Assembly (NCBI GenBank): GCA_963665815.1
Contig: OY762463.1
Coordinates: 160,001 to 224,000 of the forward strand
Origin: Candidatus Cloacimonadales bacterium
Lineage (GTDB): Bacteria; Cloacimonadota; Cloacimonadia; Cloacimonadales; JAIOQZ01
Direction: 5' to 3'
DNA: 64,000 bases
Every line of letters begins with the position of its first letter. The first letter of the stretch is position 1. Shown piece after piece: positions 31,668-42,064 of this stretch. Position numbers and translations under genes: made by a program. The notes under the pieces were generated by a model. The model worked only from the letters and a program-made list of their open reading frames with translations. It was not told where the DNA came from and ran no database searches.

Positions 31668-32441
31668 CTATTTTGTATATTTTACGCTTGCATAAGCGTT
31701 ATGGTTGTGTATTGATTCAATGTTTTCAGATTCAACTTTAAACGAGTCTATTCGTTTATCTGCTTTTAACTTAAGGGTTATATCACGTACAATGTCTTCA
31801 ACAAATCTAGGATTTTCGTATGCTTTCTCAGTAACGTATTTTTCATCCCGTCTCTTTAGGAGTGAATAAATCTCACAGCTTGCAGACTGTTCTACATATT
31901 CAATAATTTCCTCAATCCAGACAAACTCAGTATAGGATACTTCCACATTTACGAAAGATCGTTGATTGTGAGCTCCGTATTTACTTATCTCTTTTGAACA
32001 TGGGCATAGAGTTGTTACCGGAACTTCTACTCCTATTATAAGATTGTATTCTGTATTGTAACTGGCTTTGAAAGTACACTGGTATGACATCAGTGATTCT
32101 ATTCCGCTTATCGGTGCAGTCTTCTTGATGAAATATGGGAATCTTATCTTTGTGAAAGCCGAATCAGCAAAAAGCCTATCTTTTACCTCGAGAAGGAACG
32201 CTTCCAGATTGACTATGAAGTTCCCTGTATGATATCTGTTAAGAATTTCAATGAATCGACTCATATGAGTGCCGCGATGTTCATGGGGGAGATTCACGTA
32301 TATATCAAGATTTGCTACAGTGTTTTGAACTGAGTTCTCCCTGTCTTCTACAACAATAGGATACTGAACGTTTTTCACTCCAACTCTATCAATTGCAATA
32401 TTTCTATCGTCTTTCTGGCTCTGTATATCTTTATTTATCAT
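31668..32441 (-). CDS. folE2: GTP cyclohydrolase I type B
   Basis: RGTHMSRF, TTLCPCSKEIS, GAHNQR, ESIHNHNA. Confidence 0.95.
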   Translation of the reverse strand: MINKDIQSQKDDRNIAIDRVGVKNVQYPIVVEDRENSVQNTVANLDIYVNLPHEHRGTHMSRFIEILNRYHTGNFIVNLEAFLLEVKDRLFADSAFTKIRFPYFIKKTAPISGIESLMSYQCTFKASYNTEYNLIIGVEVPVTTLCPCSKEISKYGAHNQRSFVNVEVSYTEFVWIEEIIEYVEQSASCEIYSLLKRRDEKYVTEKAYENPRFVEDIVRDITLKLKADKRIDSFKVESENIESIHNHNAYASVKYTK

Positions 32442-32445
32442 AATT

Positions 32446-33423
32446 TTACTCTAAATATTTTTTTAATCCGGCAGATCTTAATGATGTCGGTTCTCCATTT
32501 TTCATGAAGTATATCATTGTTTCAACATTCGGAAGTTTATTTGATAAATCTACGGCATCCTGTGGGTCCATAACGAAGAAGGCTGTTGATAAAGCATCGG
32601 CCTGCATTGCGTTTGGAGCAATAACTGTTACTGATATTGTATTCTCAGCCGGGAATCCGGTTTTTGGATTAAGAATATGATGATACCTTCTATTATCTTT
32701 CATAAAGAAACGCTCATAATCTCCTGAGGTTACAATAGCTTCATTTTTCATATGCAGTTTTTCGATAATCTTGTCTTTATCTCTTGGGTGCTGAATTCCT
32801 ATGTTTACTGCAGAATCTAATCCAAAGTATCTGATATCGCCACCTGCATTTATGTATCCGGTGTAATCTCCTTGTGATTCAATGAAATCAACAGCTTTGT
32901 CTATGATGTATCCTTTTGCAAGACTTCCCAGGTTTAATTTAAGCCCTTCCGGCAGATTAATTTTGTTATCATCGATAGTAATTCTGTAAAAGCCGACATT
33001 CTTTTGTGCTTCTTCAATCTCCTTTGCCGATGGAATATCTGCTTTGTCAAAATGCCAGATATCTACCAGTGCTCCAACAGACACATCATAAAGTGAATCA
33101 GATTGAATATAGACTTTACCTGCTTCAATGAGAATACTTAGTAACTCTTCTGATAAATCAGTCTTTACGTGGTTGTTTATCGCTTGGACTTCACTATTCT
33201 CATTGTAATATGAAAGAGCATCATCAAGAACTCTTATAAGTGTAAATGTACTGTCCAGAACAGTTTCAATATTCTTGTTATTCCCGGATATGGAGATGTC
33301 AACAATTGTATCCATAAGGATTTTTGAATCTCTGGACTCATATTTTCTGTTTTTGAATCTGTAGGCTGAAATACCTATAACTATCAATAATACAATCAAA
33401 TAAATAATATCTTTCTTTTTCAT
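32446..33423 (-). CDS. apbE: FAD:protein FMN transferase
   Basis: LNLGSLAKGY, INAGGD, IGIQHPR, TSGDYER, HHILNPKTG, ADALSTA; ATG 33423 follows AGGTG (track start 33441). Confidence 0.92.
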   Translation of the reverse strand: MKKKDIIYLIVLLIVIGISAYRFKNRKYESRDSKILMDTIVDISISGNNKNIETVLDSTFTLIRVLDDALSYYNENSEVQAINNHVKTDLSEELLSILIEAGKVYIQSDSLYDVSVGALVDIWHFDKADIPSAKEIEEAQKNVGFYRITIDDNKINLPEGLKLNLGSLAKGYIIDKAVDFIESQGDYTGYINAGGDIRYFGLDSAVNIGIQHPRDKDKIIEKLHMKNEAIVTSGDYERFFMKDNRRYHHILNPKTGFPAENTISVTVIAPNAMQADALSTAFFVMDPQDAVDLSNKLPNVETMIYFMKNGEPTSLRSAGLKKYLE

Positions 33424-33663
33424 TTTCACCTGTTTATACATTATTTTTCATTATAACAGAAATATAATTGGCTCAAATTTGTCAAATAAAACCAGAATTT
33501 CAGAATATGTTTAATTTCTTTAAGTATGAAAATTTACTAAAATTACTCAAGAAGTATCAAATGATTTTCTTTATCCAAAATTTTCTTTACAATAATTAAT
33601 TGTTATTTATTGTAAAACTTATTTTTTGGAAGGGAAACTATCTTAGGTTTTCAAAGGAGAATT

Positions 33664-34422
33664 ATGAAAAAGCTGAATGGAATAATTATTTTTGTTTTTC
33701 TGTTATTATTATTTCTGACTGCACTTATGGCAGATACAAACAAGATTGAGGACATAAAGAAACAGATATATTGCTTCGACAGAAATCTTGGTGACAACTT
33801 CAGTTTTGATGTGGAATGTCCTGAACTCATTGATAACATTGAAGGTAACGTGGAAATGGCAAATGCAGTTTCCTACCAGGTTGATACAGGATTTGAAAAG
33901 GACAAGTGGGAAATAATCTATCAGAAAGACAAAGGTCTGAATGTGAACGAGCCTGAACTATTTCTGGAAATTGTGAATGAGAACATGCCGGAAAATGCAA
34001 GAAACCAGATCCATGGATATAATATGCAACTGGAAAATCAGACTAAAGCAACAACTCAGGCAATTGTAATGATTCTCAAAGAGTTTTTTGTGGAAGATGT
34101 TATGACTGATTCAACATCAGAATTTAGTTTTGATGGAGACATTGTAATAAGAACAAGGATGAATCAGCATAATCAGAATAAGTCTGTTATTACGATGAAA
34201 TACAAGAATCTCAAAGGATTGTACATAATGGACGAATATAAGTACTTCGAGCAGAATCCGAGATTTAACGTTGATCAGAAAGTGAAGATTCATTACTCTA
34301 CAGGTGATAGCAAGAAGATAATACCGGAAAAGTTTGTTGCATCCACGACATTGACTGCACCAGATAACCAACAGCAAAACAGTGTGATGACATATAAGAT
34401 TACAAACTTAAATATTAACTGA
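33664..34422 (+). CDS. Hypothetical exported protein
   Basis: AAGGAG RBS; signal peptide; 252 aa; beta-rich C-terminus. Confidence 0.65.
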   Translation: MKKLNGIIIFVFLLLLFLTALMADTNKIEDIKKQIYCFDRNLGDNFSFDVECPELIDNIEGNVEMANAVSYQVDTGFEKDKWEIIYQKDKGLNVNEPELFLEIVNENMPENARNQIHGYNMQLENQTKATTQAIVMILKEFFVEDVMTDSTSEFSFDGDIVIRTRMNQHNQNKSVITMKYKNLKGLYIMDEYKYFEQNPRFNVDQKVKIHYSTGDSKKIIPEKFVASTTLTAPDNQQQNSVMTYKITNLNIN

Positions 34423-34554
34423 GAAAAATATAAATTGTCATATCGGATTCGGATATTGCCGTAATGATAGGGAATGATTAATCTCTATGTATTATAATTA
34501 TTTTGTTCGATAACAATAAAGGCTGTGATTTGCAGTCTCTCTGTTTACATAGAC

Positions 34555-34932
34555 CTATTGCCCCATTATCTTATCGATTTTTTCTTTTAGAATATCTGCT
34601 GTGAATGGTTTAACTACATAATTAGATACGCCTGATTTCATTGCTTTTATGATATCATCTCTTACTGCTCTGGTTGTTACCATAAGTATGGGGATATGTT
34701 TCCATTTCTCTGTAGCTTTAAGGTTCTGAACTAATTGAAGCCCCGTCATTTCCGGCATGTTCCAGTCAGAAATGATGAAATTTATCTCAGGATGAAGTTC
34801 TAACCTGGTTAATGCAATTGAACCGTTTTCTGCCTCAATAACATCACGATATCCAATTCGTTTCAGTGTATTTTTTATGATCTTCCTCATTGTTGTGGAA
34901 TCATCGACTATCAAAATTTTTAATTCTGTCAT
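34555..34932 (-). CDS. cheY: Single-domain CheY-like response regulator
   Basis: LIVDDS, ISDWNMPEMTG, MVTT, YVVKPFT. Confidence 0.8.
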   Translation of the reverse strand: MTELKILIVDDSTTMRKIIKNTLKRIGYRDVIEAENGSIALTRLELHPEINFIISDWNMPEMTGLQLVQNLKATEKWKHIPILMVTTRAVRDDIIKAMKSGVSNYVVKPFTADILKEKIDKIMGQ

Positions 34933-35076
34933 TTACATCCTCATATAGAATATTCTATTAACTAAAATAAGTTCTACGAAAAGCCTTTTTTTGACAAGTT
35001 TTTTATTTATAAATCGTCTTATAAAAAGAGGGGAAGGGACAAAGACTTTTCTGTATTATAGAGGAAAACTAAAAAA

Positions 35077-35134
35077 AAGAACATTGTTCTTAAAAAGACT
35101 TGACAACTATATCTGTTTTAGAGAACGTTGTTCT
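35077..35134 (+). promoter_or_regulatory. tetR promoter with two palindromic operators
   Basis: AAGAACATTGTTCTT (35077-35091) and AGAACGTTGTTCT (35122-35134) flanking TTGACA at 35100-35105. Confidence 0.7.
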
Positions 35135-35159
35135 TGAATGATAACTAAAGGATAAAAAA

Positions 35160-35804
35160 ATGACACAGTTCAAGAAAGATTTTGTGATGAGCTCAATTAT
35201 TGAGGCAGCTGAAAAAGAATTTCAAGAGAAAGGTTTCAGTAAAGCATCAATGAGATCTATTGCTGCAAATGCAAATGTTACATTAAGCAATATCTATAAT
35301 TATTTCAAGAACAAAGATGATTTGTTCTTAGCTGTTCTGAAACCTGTTCTTGAAGTAGTGGAAGAAGGAAAATCTGTACTTGAAGAACACGAAAAGTGCC
35401 ATGAAAGAATTGATCTTAAAGGACACCACGAGTTTATACTGCCTTCAGTTGATTATGTTTTCAAATATAGAGATAAATTCAAACTTCTTGCAAACAAAGC
35501 CGCAGGATCTTCGCTGGCTAACTTTAAGAATGAACTTATTGATTGGTATGTTACAAAAATGAGCAGAGAAATCAGTATTGATAATAACCATCATGATTTC
35601 TCTGAATTTGGAATATCTGAAAAAATTATGAGAGCAAATGCAATGTCCTGGATCTATTGTATTGAGCATACTGTTAACTCGGATGAAACATTGGAGGAAG
35701 CAAGAAAGGATATTCTGGATATGATGACTTATACTCACGGTGGCTGGCACTGCCTGATAGAGTATAAACTGACTCAGTTAAATAAATGTAAGACTGCAGA
35801 TTAA
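35160..35804 (+). CDS. TetR/AcrR family transcriptional regulator
   Basis: AEKEFQEKGFSKASMRSIAANANVTLSNIYNYFKNKDDLF helix-turn-helix. Confidence 0.92.
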   Translation: MTQFKKDFVMSSIIEAAEKEFQEKGFSKASMRSIAANANVTLSNIYNYFKNKDDLFLAVLKPVLEVVEEGKSVLEEHEKCHERIDLKGHHEFILPSVDYVFKYRDKFKLLANKAAGSSLANFKNELIDWYVTKMSREISIDNNHHDFSEFGISEKIMRANAMSWIYCIEHTVNSDETLEEARKDILDMMTYTHGGWHCLIEYKLTQLNKCKTAD

Positions 35805-35843
35805 TGCAGTCATTTTTTTTAAGAACAAAAGAGAACGTTGTTC
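35792..35843 (+). promoter_or_regulatory. Terminator-like hairpin followed by a TetR-type operator
   Basis: gactgca-gattaa-tgcagtc plus T8, half-site aagaaca, then AGAACGTTGTTC (35832-35843). Confidence 0.6.
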
Positions 35844-35876
35844 ATGAAAGGATTATAAAAAATACAGGAGAATAAA

Positions 35877-36656
35877 ATGAAGACACTTATTATGACAATT
35901 ATAGCAATCGCAATTGCACTGAGCATATTTGCTGTGGAAGACAAACAGATTACAGGAAGAGAAATCATGGTAATGGTCGATGAAAGAGAGGATGGATATT
36001 CCAGAAAGTCAGAAATCACCATGACACTTGTTAACAAGAGAAACCGTCAGAGAGTCAGGAAAATTTCAAATTTGACCCGGGAATACGGAGAAGACTCAAA
36101 ATCAATTATGATGTTCAACCATCCTGCAGATGTAAAAGGAACAGGTTTTCTTTCCTGGGAATATGATGTGAAGGATAAGGAAGATGCCCGATGGTTGTAT
36201 ATGCCTGCTTTGAAAAAGACAAGACGAATATCCGGTTCATCAGATAACGATTACTTTATGGGATCTGACTTTACTTATGATGACCTGGGAGACAGAAGTG
36301 TTGATGAAGATACTCATAAGTTACTTGGTGAGAAAGATTGCAATGATCACACATGCTGGGTTGTTGAATCCACACCTGAAGGTGAAGATGAAGCATATAC
36401 AAAGAGAATCAGCTATGTCAGCAAGGCTTTGAAAATGTTCATGAAGGTTGAGTATTACAATAAGCTTGGGCTTATGAAGACACTGCATTTTGAAAACATT
36501 GAGAAGATAGATGGAATCTGGACAGCTCAGAAACTAATTATGGATAACAGCTCAAACAAACACAAGACTGTAATCGAGTTTTCAGATATTAAGTATAATA
36601 TAGAAATAGAAGATGATATGTTTACTGTTTCAACAATCAGAAGAGGACGATTATGA
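35877..36656 (+). CDS. LolA-like outer-membrane lipoprotein-sorting protein
   Basis: Signal peptide; PADVKGTGFL, WLYMPALKKTRRI, FMGSDFTYDD. Confidence 0.85.
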   Translation: MKTLIMTIIAIAIALSIFAVEDKQITGREIMVMVDEREDGYSRKSEITMTLVNKRNRQRVRKISNLTREYGEDSKSIMMFNHPADVKGTGFLSWEYDVKDKEDARWLYMPALKKTRRISGSSDNDYFMGSDFTYDDLGDRSVDEDTHKLLGEKDCNDHTCWVVESTPEGEDEAYTKRISYVSKALKMFMKVEYYNKLGLMKTLHFENIEKIDGIWTAQKLIMDNSSNKHKTVIEFSDIKYNIEIEDDMFTVSTIRRGRL

Positions 36657-37834
36657 GAAAAGCAATCTTCGTTCTTACGTTTTTTACTGTGTTTGCAGTT
36701 ATGGCTGCAGAAACTGAGTTTTCAGGATTTGCAGATACATTTAACGCAGCCTCGTTCAAGCATGGAGATATGACAGCTTCAAGAACAAGATTCAGAGGGA
36801 AGTTGAATGTATACTACGGTGATACTTCAATGTTTGCATCTATTAATGCCGAGAATAATGGTCTAAGTGACGAATCTGTCATAAAGCTGCACGAAGCTTA
36901 TATGGAAATGCAGATCAGAGACTATAATCTGAGAGTAGGAAAACAACTTATAATCTGGGGTAATTCTGATGGCTTTAGATTAACTGACATGATTTGTCCG
37001 CTTGATATGACTGAATTTGTTACTCAGGATTTCGATGATACTAGAATACCGATCAGTGCTGTGAACATTAGTACGATGAAAGGTCCTGTTGAATTACAAA
37101 TCATTGGAATTCCAACATTCTCAGAATCTGAATTTCCGTTGCAGGATAGTCCATGGCATTATGTACCGAACAATATGAAGGGAATGAAGATCCAGGATGA
37201 CAAACCAGAGAATAAACTACAGGATTCAGAAGCAGCGTTTAAGGCAGCTTTCTATTTCTCCAGAATTGATTTTGCCGTATCAGGTCTATATGTATGGACT
37301 GATTCTCCCCTGCATAAGATTAATGGAGATAATCTGGTAGCTTGTTTCAGACGACAAAAAGTTATAGGTATAGAGTCAAGCTGTACAATTGGAAAGTATG
37401 TACTGAGAAGCGAAAACACTGTTCATTTCGAAGAATACATGGAAAAAGAAAACTATGCAGGATTCAAAAAGAAGCATTTCCTGAAAAGTTTGTCCGGACT
37501 TGACTGGTATCCTGGAGAAGACTGGAATCTTTCCGGGCAACTATACTCAGAGGTAATATTGGACTATGCAGTCGATCTGAATAAAGATGAGATAGAAACA
37601 ACAATTACTTTAAACGTAGAAAAAAAACTTATGAATCAGATGCTGGATATTTCAGCAATGACATACTATAACATAAATCAAAAAGATATGTATAATAAAT
37701 TTCTGATTACCTATGATTTCAATGATAACATTTCTGCTGAAATTGGCATTGATGTATTCAGTGGAGAAGAAGGAACATACAGTAACCAATCAGATAACTC
37801 TCAGATAAGAACAAAACTGAAATACAGTTTCTGA
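36653..37834 (+). CDS. Outer-membrane beta-barrel (DUF1302-like)
   Basis: Signal peptide; LHEAY, RVGKQLIIWG motif; C-terminal KYSF; ATGA overlap with upstream gene. Confidence 0.7.
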   Translation: MRKAIFVLTFFTVFAVMAAETEFSGFADTFNAASFKHGDMTASRTRFRGKLNVYYGDTSMFASINAENNGLSDESVIKLHEAYMEMQIRDYNLRVGKQLIIWGNSDGFRLTDMICPLDMTEFVTQDFDDTRIPISAVNISTMKGPVELQIIGIPTFSESEFPLQDSPWHYVPNNMKGMKIQDDKPENKLQDSEAAFKAAFYFSRIDFAVSGLYVWTDSPLHKINGDNLVACFRRQKVIGIESSCTIGKYVLRSENTVHFEEYMEKENYAGFKKKHFLKSLSGLDWYPGEDWNLSGQLYSEVILDYAVDLNKDEIETTITLNVEKKLMNQMLDISAMTYYNINQKDMYNKFLITYDFNDNISAEIGIDVFSGEEGTYSNQSDNSQIRTKLKYSF

Positions 37835-37866
37835 TTTTTTTGAGAACAAACAAGAACAATGTTCTT
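37814..37866 (+). promoter_or_regulatory. Hairpin/T-run followed by a TetR-type operator before the MMPL gene
   Basis: aaactg-aaata-cagttt, T7, half-site gagaaca, then AAGAACAATGTTCTT (37852-37866). Confidence 0.6.
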
Positions 37867-37880
37867 TTAAGGGGATTAAA

Positions 37881-40376
37881 ATGAATTTAAAAATGATAAA
37901 TGAAAAGTTTGGAAAGTTTGGACATCTGATTATCAGAATGAGATGGTTGAACCTGATAGTATTTGTTATTCTTCTTGCAGTATCATTTGCTGGGATGAAA
38001 AGAATCAAAACAGATGTGTCTGATGATAACTGGTTTCTTGAGAATGATCCGATGCTGCAGAAACAGGAAGAGTTCGAAGATATATTCGGGAACAATGATT
38101 TTGCTGCTGTATTGATAGAAGCTGATGATGTATTTAATCCGGAAGTTTTGAAGGGGATTAAGAAACTCAGCGATGAACTGGAAGCGAAAACTCCATTTGC
38201 TGATGAAGTGACGTCTTTAACGCATTTCGAATTCACAGAAGGAAGTGAGTATGGTATAGAAATCAAGGATTTGATACCGGAGCCAATTCCGGAAGATCTG
38301 GAAACATTGAATGAAATCAGAGAAAAGGCGTTATCAAGAAAGATACTCATAAACAGGTTCATTTCAGATGACAGTAGGCAGACATGGGTCGTACTGAAGC
38401 TGACAACATATCCGGAAGATTGGGAAACAAACGAGGAGTACAAAAGTTTTATAACAAGAATTGTTAAAGAGGATCCTGAATTGTATGAAGGAATAACTCC
38501 GGAAAAACTTGAAGCACCTGAAATTATCGTGGGAAAGATCTTTAATAAGATAACAAGGAAAGATAAGTATAAAAAACTGAATCCGGGTACAACCGGAATG
38601 CCGATAATGAATACGGAACGATCTGAGTATTTTGGAACAGAATCTCCAAGACTTATGAAACTGGCACTATTGATGACTATAATCATATTGGCATTATCGT
38701 TAAAATCCTTCAGGGGCGTGATATTCCCAATAATAAGTGCTGCAGCAGCAATGATAATGGTGTTTGGTTTTCAGGGATTTGCCGGGATCACTTTTGATCC
38801 TATCATGATACCGCTTCCTATATTTCTGGGTTTAGCAGTCTCAATTGGATATTCCATACACATAATAACATTCTTCAAAATGGCGTTGAGAGAAGGTAAG
38901 AATCGTAAAGAAGCTGCGATACATTCAATATCAGAAGCAGGTTGGCCTGTGTTGTTTACAGCATTGACAACGATTGGTGCATTGATGTCATTCCTGTTCA
39001 TTAATGTGCGAATTCTGAGGTGGGTTGGATTAACTTCAGCCGGGCTTGTTTTTGTAACGTACTTTCTGGTACTGATTCTTCTTCCATCACTTCTTAGTTT
39101 TGGAAAAGCCGGAAGCTTAAAAGTGAGAAAGCGAAAAGCAGAAAATACATTTGTTGAAGGTTTAATGCTGAAAATGAATGATTTTGTTATGGGAAATCAG
39201 AAAAAGATAATTGTCACATTTGCAGTGTTTTCTATTGTAAGCATAATTGGACTGAGCATGGTTGAAGTATCTTTTGATATTGAAAGAACAATGGGGCGTG
39301 GAGTTGGTTATGTTAACAGAATGCTGGATATTGGAGATTCTAAGGTTGGTTCGATTTATTCATACAATGTTATGGTTGAATTCCCTGAATATGGAGAGGC
39401 AAAAGATCCTGCCAATCTGCGTAAATTAGATGAGCTTGATAAGCTGATAAACAGCTTCAAACTGACTAAGAAAACCAGCTCAATTCTCAATATTGTTAAA
39501 GATTTGAATCTGGTGATTAATGACGGAAAAGATGAATTTCACAAAGTTCCGGATGTAAATGACATATCGGAGTACAGAAATACAGAGATGACAGGTGATA
39601 AGCTTAAGGAAACTGATAAAATGGTGTTAGCCCAGACAATGCTTTTATATGAGAATGCAGGAGGATCTGAAGCTGAAAAATGGATGGATTATGATGAACA
39701 GAGACTTAACATTCAGGTAGAGCTTTCCAGATATTCATCATCAATGGTGGTTAAGGACTTTGCCGCAATTGAGGATACTTGCAAAGATTTATTTCCCGGG
39801 GCAAGAGTTGTGTTTGCTGGGCAGGTTGCCAAGTATGCAGTAATGCAGAAAAAAGTTGCCTGGGGGCAGATTAAATCATTTGCTATTGCTTTGTGCATGA
39901 TTGCTGTTCTTCTTATGCTGGTGTTTGGATCAGTAAGAGTTGGACTTATAGGGATGATTCCGAATGTTACACCTGCGTTATCTGTTGGGGCAGTAATGGG
40001 ATTTCTCAATATTCCGCTGGATATGATAACTGTTACAATTATGCCAGTGCTGCTTGGACTTGCAGTAGATGACACTATTCACTTTATTAATCACTCACAA
40101 CTGGAGTTTTCTAACACAGGCAGTTACGCAACTAGCATAAAAAGTACCTTCAGAACAATTGGTACAGCGTTGTTTATGACTTCTTTAGTATTAGTGATGA
40201 ATTTTGGAGTTTACTTAACTTCTTCAACAAAGATGTATCTGAATCTGGGAATATTAACTTGTACCGGTATAGCTTCTGCCCTGATAGCTGATTTCCTGAT
40301 TACACCGGTATTATTGCAGAAAGCTCGAGTTTTTGGAAATGAAAGAACTGCCGCAAAAGTAAGAAAAGTATCTTAA
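37881..40376 (+). CDS. MMPL/RND-family transporter
   Basis: 831 aa; two repeats of TM + large loop + TM bundle; GLAVSIGYSIH and GLAVDDTIH. Confidence 0.9.
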   Translation: MNLKMINEKFGKFGHLIIRMRWLNLIVFVILLAVSFAGMKRIKTDVSDDNWFLENDPMLQKQEEFEDIFGNNDFAAVLIEADDVFNPEVLKGIKKLSDELEAKTPFADEVTSLTHFEFTEGSEYGIEIKDLIPEPIPEDLETLNEIREKALSRKILINRFISDDSRQTWVVLKLTTYPEDWETNEEYKSFITRIVKEDPELYEGITPEKLEAPEIIVGKIFNKITRKDKYKKLNPGTTGMPIMNTERSEYFGTESPRLMKLALLMTIIILALSLKSFRGVIFPIISAAAAMIMVFGFQGFAGITFDPIMIPLPIFLGLAVSIGYSIHIITFFKMALREGKNRKEAAIHSISEAGWPVLFTALTTIGALMSFLFINVRILRWVGLTSAGLVFVTYFLVLILLPSLLSFGKAGSLKVRKRKAENTFVEGLMLKMNDFVMGNQKKIIVTFAVFSIVSIIGLSMVEVSFDIERTMGRGVGYVNRMLDIGDSKVGSIYSYNVMVEFPEYGEAKDPANLRKLDELDKLINSFKLTKKTSSILNIVKDLNLVINDGKDEFHKVPDVNDISEYRNTEMTGDKLKETDKMVLAQTMLLYENAGGSEAEKWMDYDEQRLNIQVELSRYSSSMVVKDFAAIEDTCKDLFPGARVVFAGQVAKYAVMQKKVAWGQIKSFAIALCMIAVLLMLVFGSVRVGLIGMIPNVTPALSVGAVMGFLNIPLDMITVTIMPVLLGLAVDDTIHFINHSQLEFSNTGSYATSIKSTFRTIGTALFMTSLVLVMNFGVYLTSSTKMYLNLGILTCTGIASALIADFLITPVLLQKARVFGNERTAAKVRKVS

Positions 40377-40386
40377 GGAGATTACA

Positions 40387-40941
40387 ATGGAAAAAAATAA
40401 ATGTCATGTATGCCCATGGAGAATGGCTTACTTGTTTGATAATCCGGCGAGAAAGATGATCCATAATCCCAAGAAGATTTTTGGGAGATACATAAAGAAG
40501 AATTCCGTTAATGTAGATATTGGCTGCGGAATGGGGTACTTCTCTATAGGAATGGCAAAGCTTGCTGATAAAGACTCCAGAGTCTTTGCTGTTGATTTGC
40601 AGAATGAAATGCTTGATGTAATGAAGAAAAGAGCCGATAGAGCAGGATTACTTCAAAAAATTACACCTATAAAAGCAGAGTCAAATAACTTCAGAATTCC
40701 TGAAGAAGCTGATTTCATGTTGATGTTCTGGGTACTGCATGAAACACCTGACATGAAGCAATCTTTACAGCAAATGTATGACAGATTGAAACCTGATGGG
40801 AAACTGATGATTGTTGAGCCCGGAATGCATGTCTCAGATAAAATGGTGGAGGAAGAATTAGAATTAGCCGAACAGATTGGATTTAAGCTGGTGGAGAAAC
40901 CGAAAGTGAAGTTAAGCAAAGCACTAGTTTTGTCTAAGTGA
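40387..40941 (+). CDS. Class I SAM-dependent methyltransferase
   Basis: VDIGCGMG, AVDLQ, WVLHE, LKPDGKL. Confidence 0.88.
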   Translation: MEKNKCHVCPWRMAYLFDNPARKMIHNPKKIFGRYIKKNSVNVDIGCGMGYFSIGMAKLADKDSRVFAVDLQNEMLDVMKKRADRAGLLQKITPIKAESNNFRIPEEADFMLMFWVLHETPDMKQSLQQMYDRLKPDGKLMIVEPGMHVSDKMVEEELELAEQIGFKLVEKPKVKLSKALVLSK

Positions 40942-41125
40942 AAGTAGATATTTAGACCTTCGTATGATTGGTGTAGTTGACTCGATGTTTTGATTCATCA
41001 AATTCTGACTCAAAATGAACTTCTCTGAAAAGTTTTTGATGAATACAAAAATCTCATCGATACTTTTTAACCAAAACTACTTGATTATGCTATTATGCAT
41101 AGCTCTCATATTGTATAATAGATTG

Positions 41126-41156
41126 AGACTGCTGAACGATCAGCAGTCTTTTTCTT
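41126..41156 (+). terminator. Intrinsic terminator
   Basis: agactgctga-acga-tcagcagtct followed by a T-rich tail. Confidence 0.7.
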
Positions 41157-41234
41157 CACACAATCTTTGTCAGATAATTCACATTCCCTCTTGACTTTCA
41201 TACAATTAACCTCAATTTTTGAGATGGAGGAACG

Positions 41235-42017
41235 ATGGCAGTAAATGAAGTAAATATGTATGAATTCGGTTCGTATATTGCGGACATATATGATCAATCC
41301 GAAACATATGCTGATGATGTGGATTTGATCACAAAACTGATAGGTAACAGAAAAAGCCTGAAAATACTGGAACCTTTTTGCGGTACAGGCAGGATTGCGA
41401 TTCTTTTGAGTGATGCAGGACATCATGTTACCGGTTTTGACAACTCTCCGGCAATGCTGCGGCGAGCAAAAGAAAAATACGGAAATTCTGAAGATTTGAA
41501 GCTTGAACTAAAGAATGTCATTGATGATGAATGGGGTAGAGGTTATGATCTGGTTATTCTTGGTGCAAATTGTTTTTATGAACTTGCAGTACCGGAAGAA
41601 CAGGAACTATTAATCAGAAAAGCAACCCAAAGCTTGAAGTCAAACGGATATTTGTTTATAGACAGTAATTTCATGGAAGGGGCTCTGGAATCAGACTGGA
41701 AGACTATTGGACAAAAACGCAGATCTCTGTGTGGAATAGCAGAGGATGGATCCGAAGTTATCACCGAAATGGAGATCGAAAGTTTTGACGAAGAAAATAA
41801 AACAACAGTATTCAGAAGATTTATCACCGTTTACAAGCCGAATGGACAAGTCCTGAAAAAGCAGTTCAGACAGCAGAAGCATCCGGTAAGTAATTCTGAG
41901 CTGTGCAACTGGATTGAGAGGCATGGATTTAAAGTAATCGAGCATTTTGGTGACAGATTGGGAGCTCCTTTTACTGAAGAGTCAAATAGATCTATTTATT
42001 GGCTAAAAAAGCAATAA
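41235..42017 (+). CDS. Class I SAM-dependent methyltransferase
   Basis: ILEPFCGTGR, TGFDNSPAML, YDLVIL; GGAGG RBS. Confidence 0.88.
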   Translation: MAVNEVNMYEFGSYIADIYDQSETYADDVDLITKLIGNRKSLKILEPFCGTGRIAILLSDAGHHVTGFDNSPAMLRRAKEKYGNSEDLKLELKNVIDDEWGRGYDLVILGANCFYELAVPEEQELLIRKATQSLKSNGYLFIDSNFMEGALESDWKTIGQKRRSLCGIAEDGSEVITEMEIESFDEENKTTVFRRFITVYKPNGQVLKKQFRQQKHPVSNSELCNWIERHGFKVIEHFGDRLGAPFTEESNRSIYWLKKQ

Positions 42018-42046
42018 AAAAAAGCCTGCTGAATTTTCAGCAGGCT
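42015..42046 (-). terminator. Intrinsic terminator between convergent genes
   Basis: agcctgctgaa-tt-ttcagcaggct with an A-run on the + 5' side. Confidence 0.75.
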
Positions 42047-42064
42047 AACAAAATTGATATTGTA

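Noticed and set aside
37790-38686. 298-aa ORF on the - strand
   Set aside because: Antisense to the MMPL gene; Ser/Phe-rich shadow frame.
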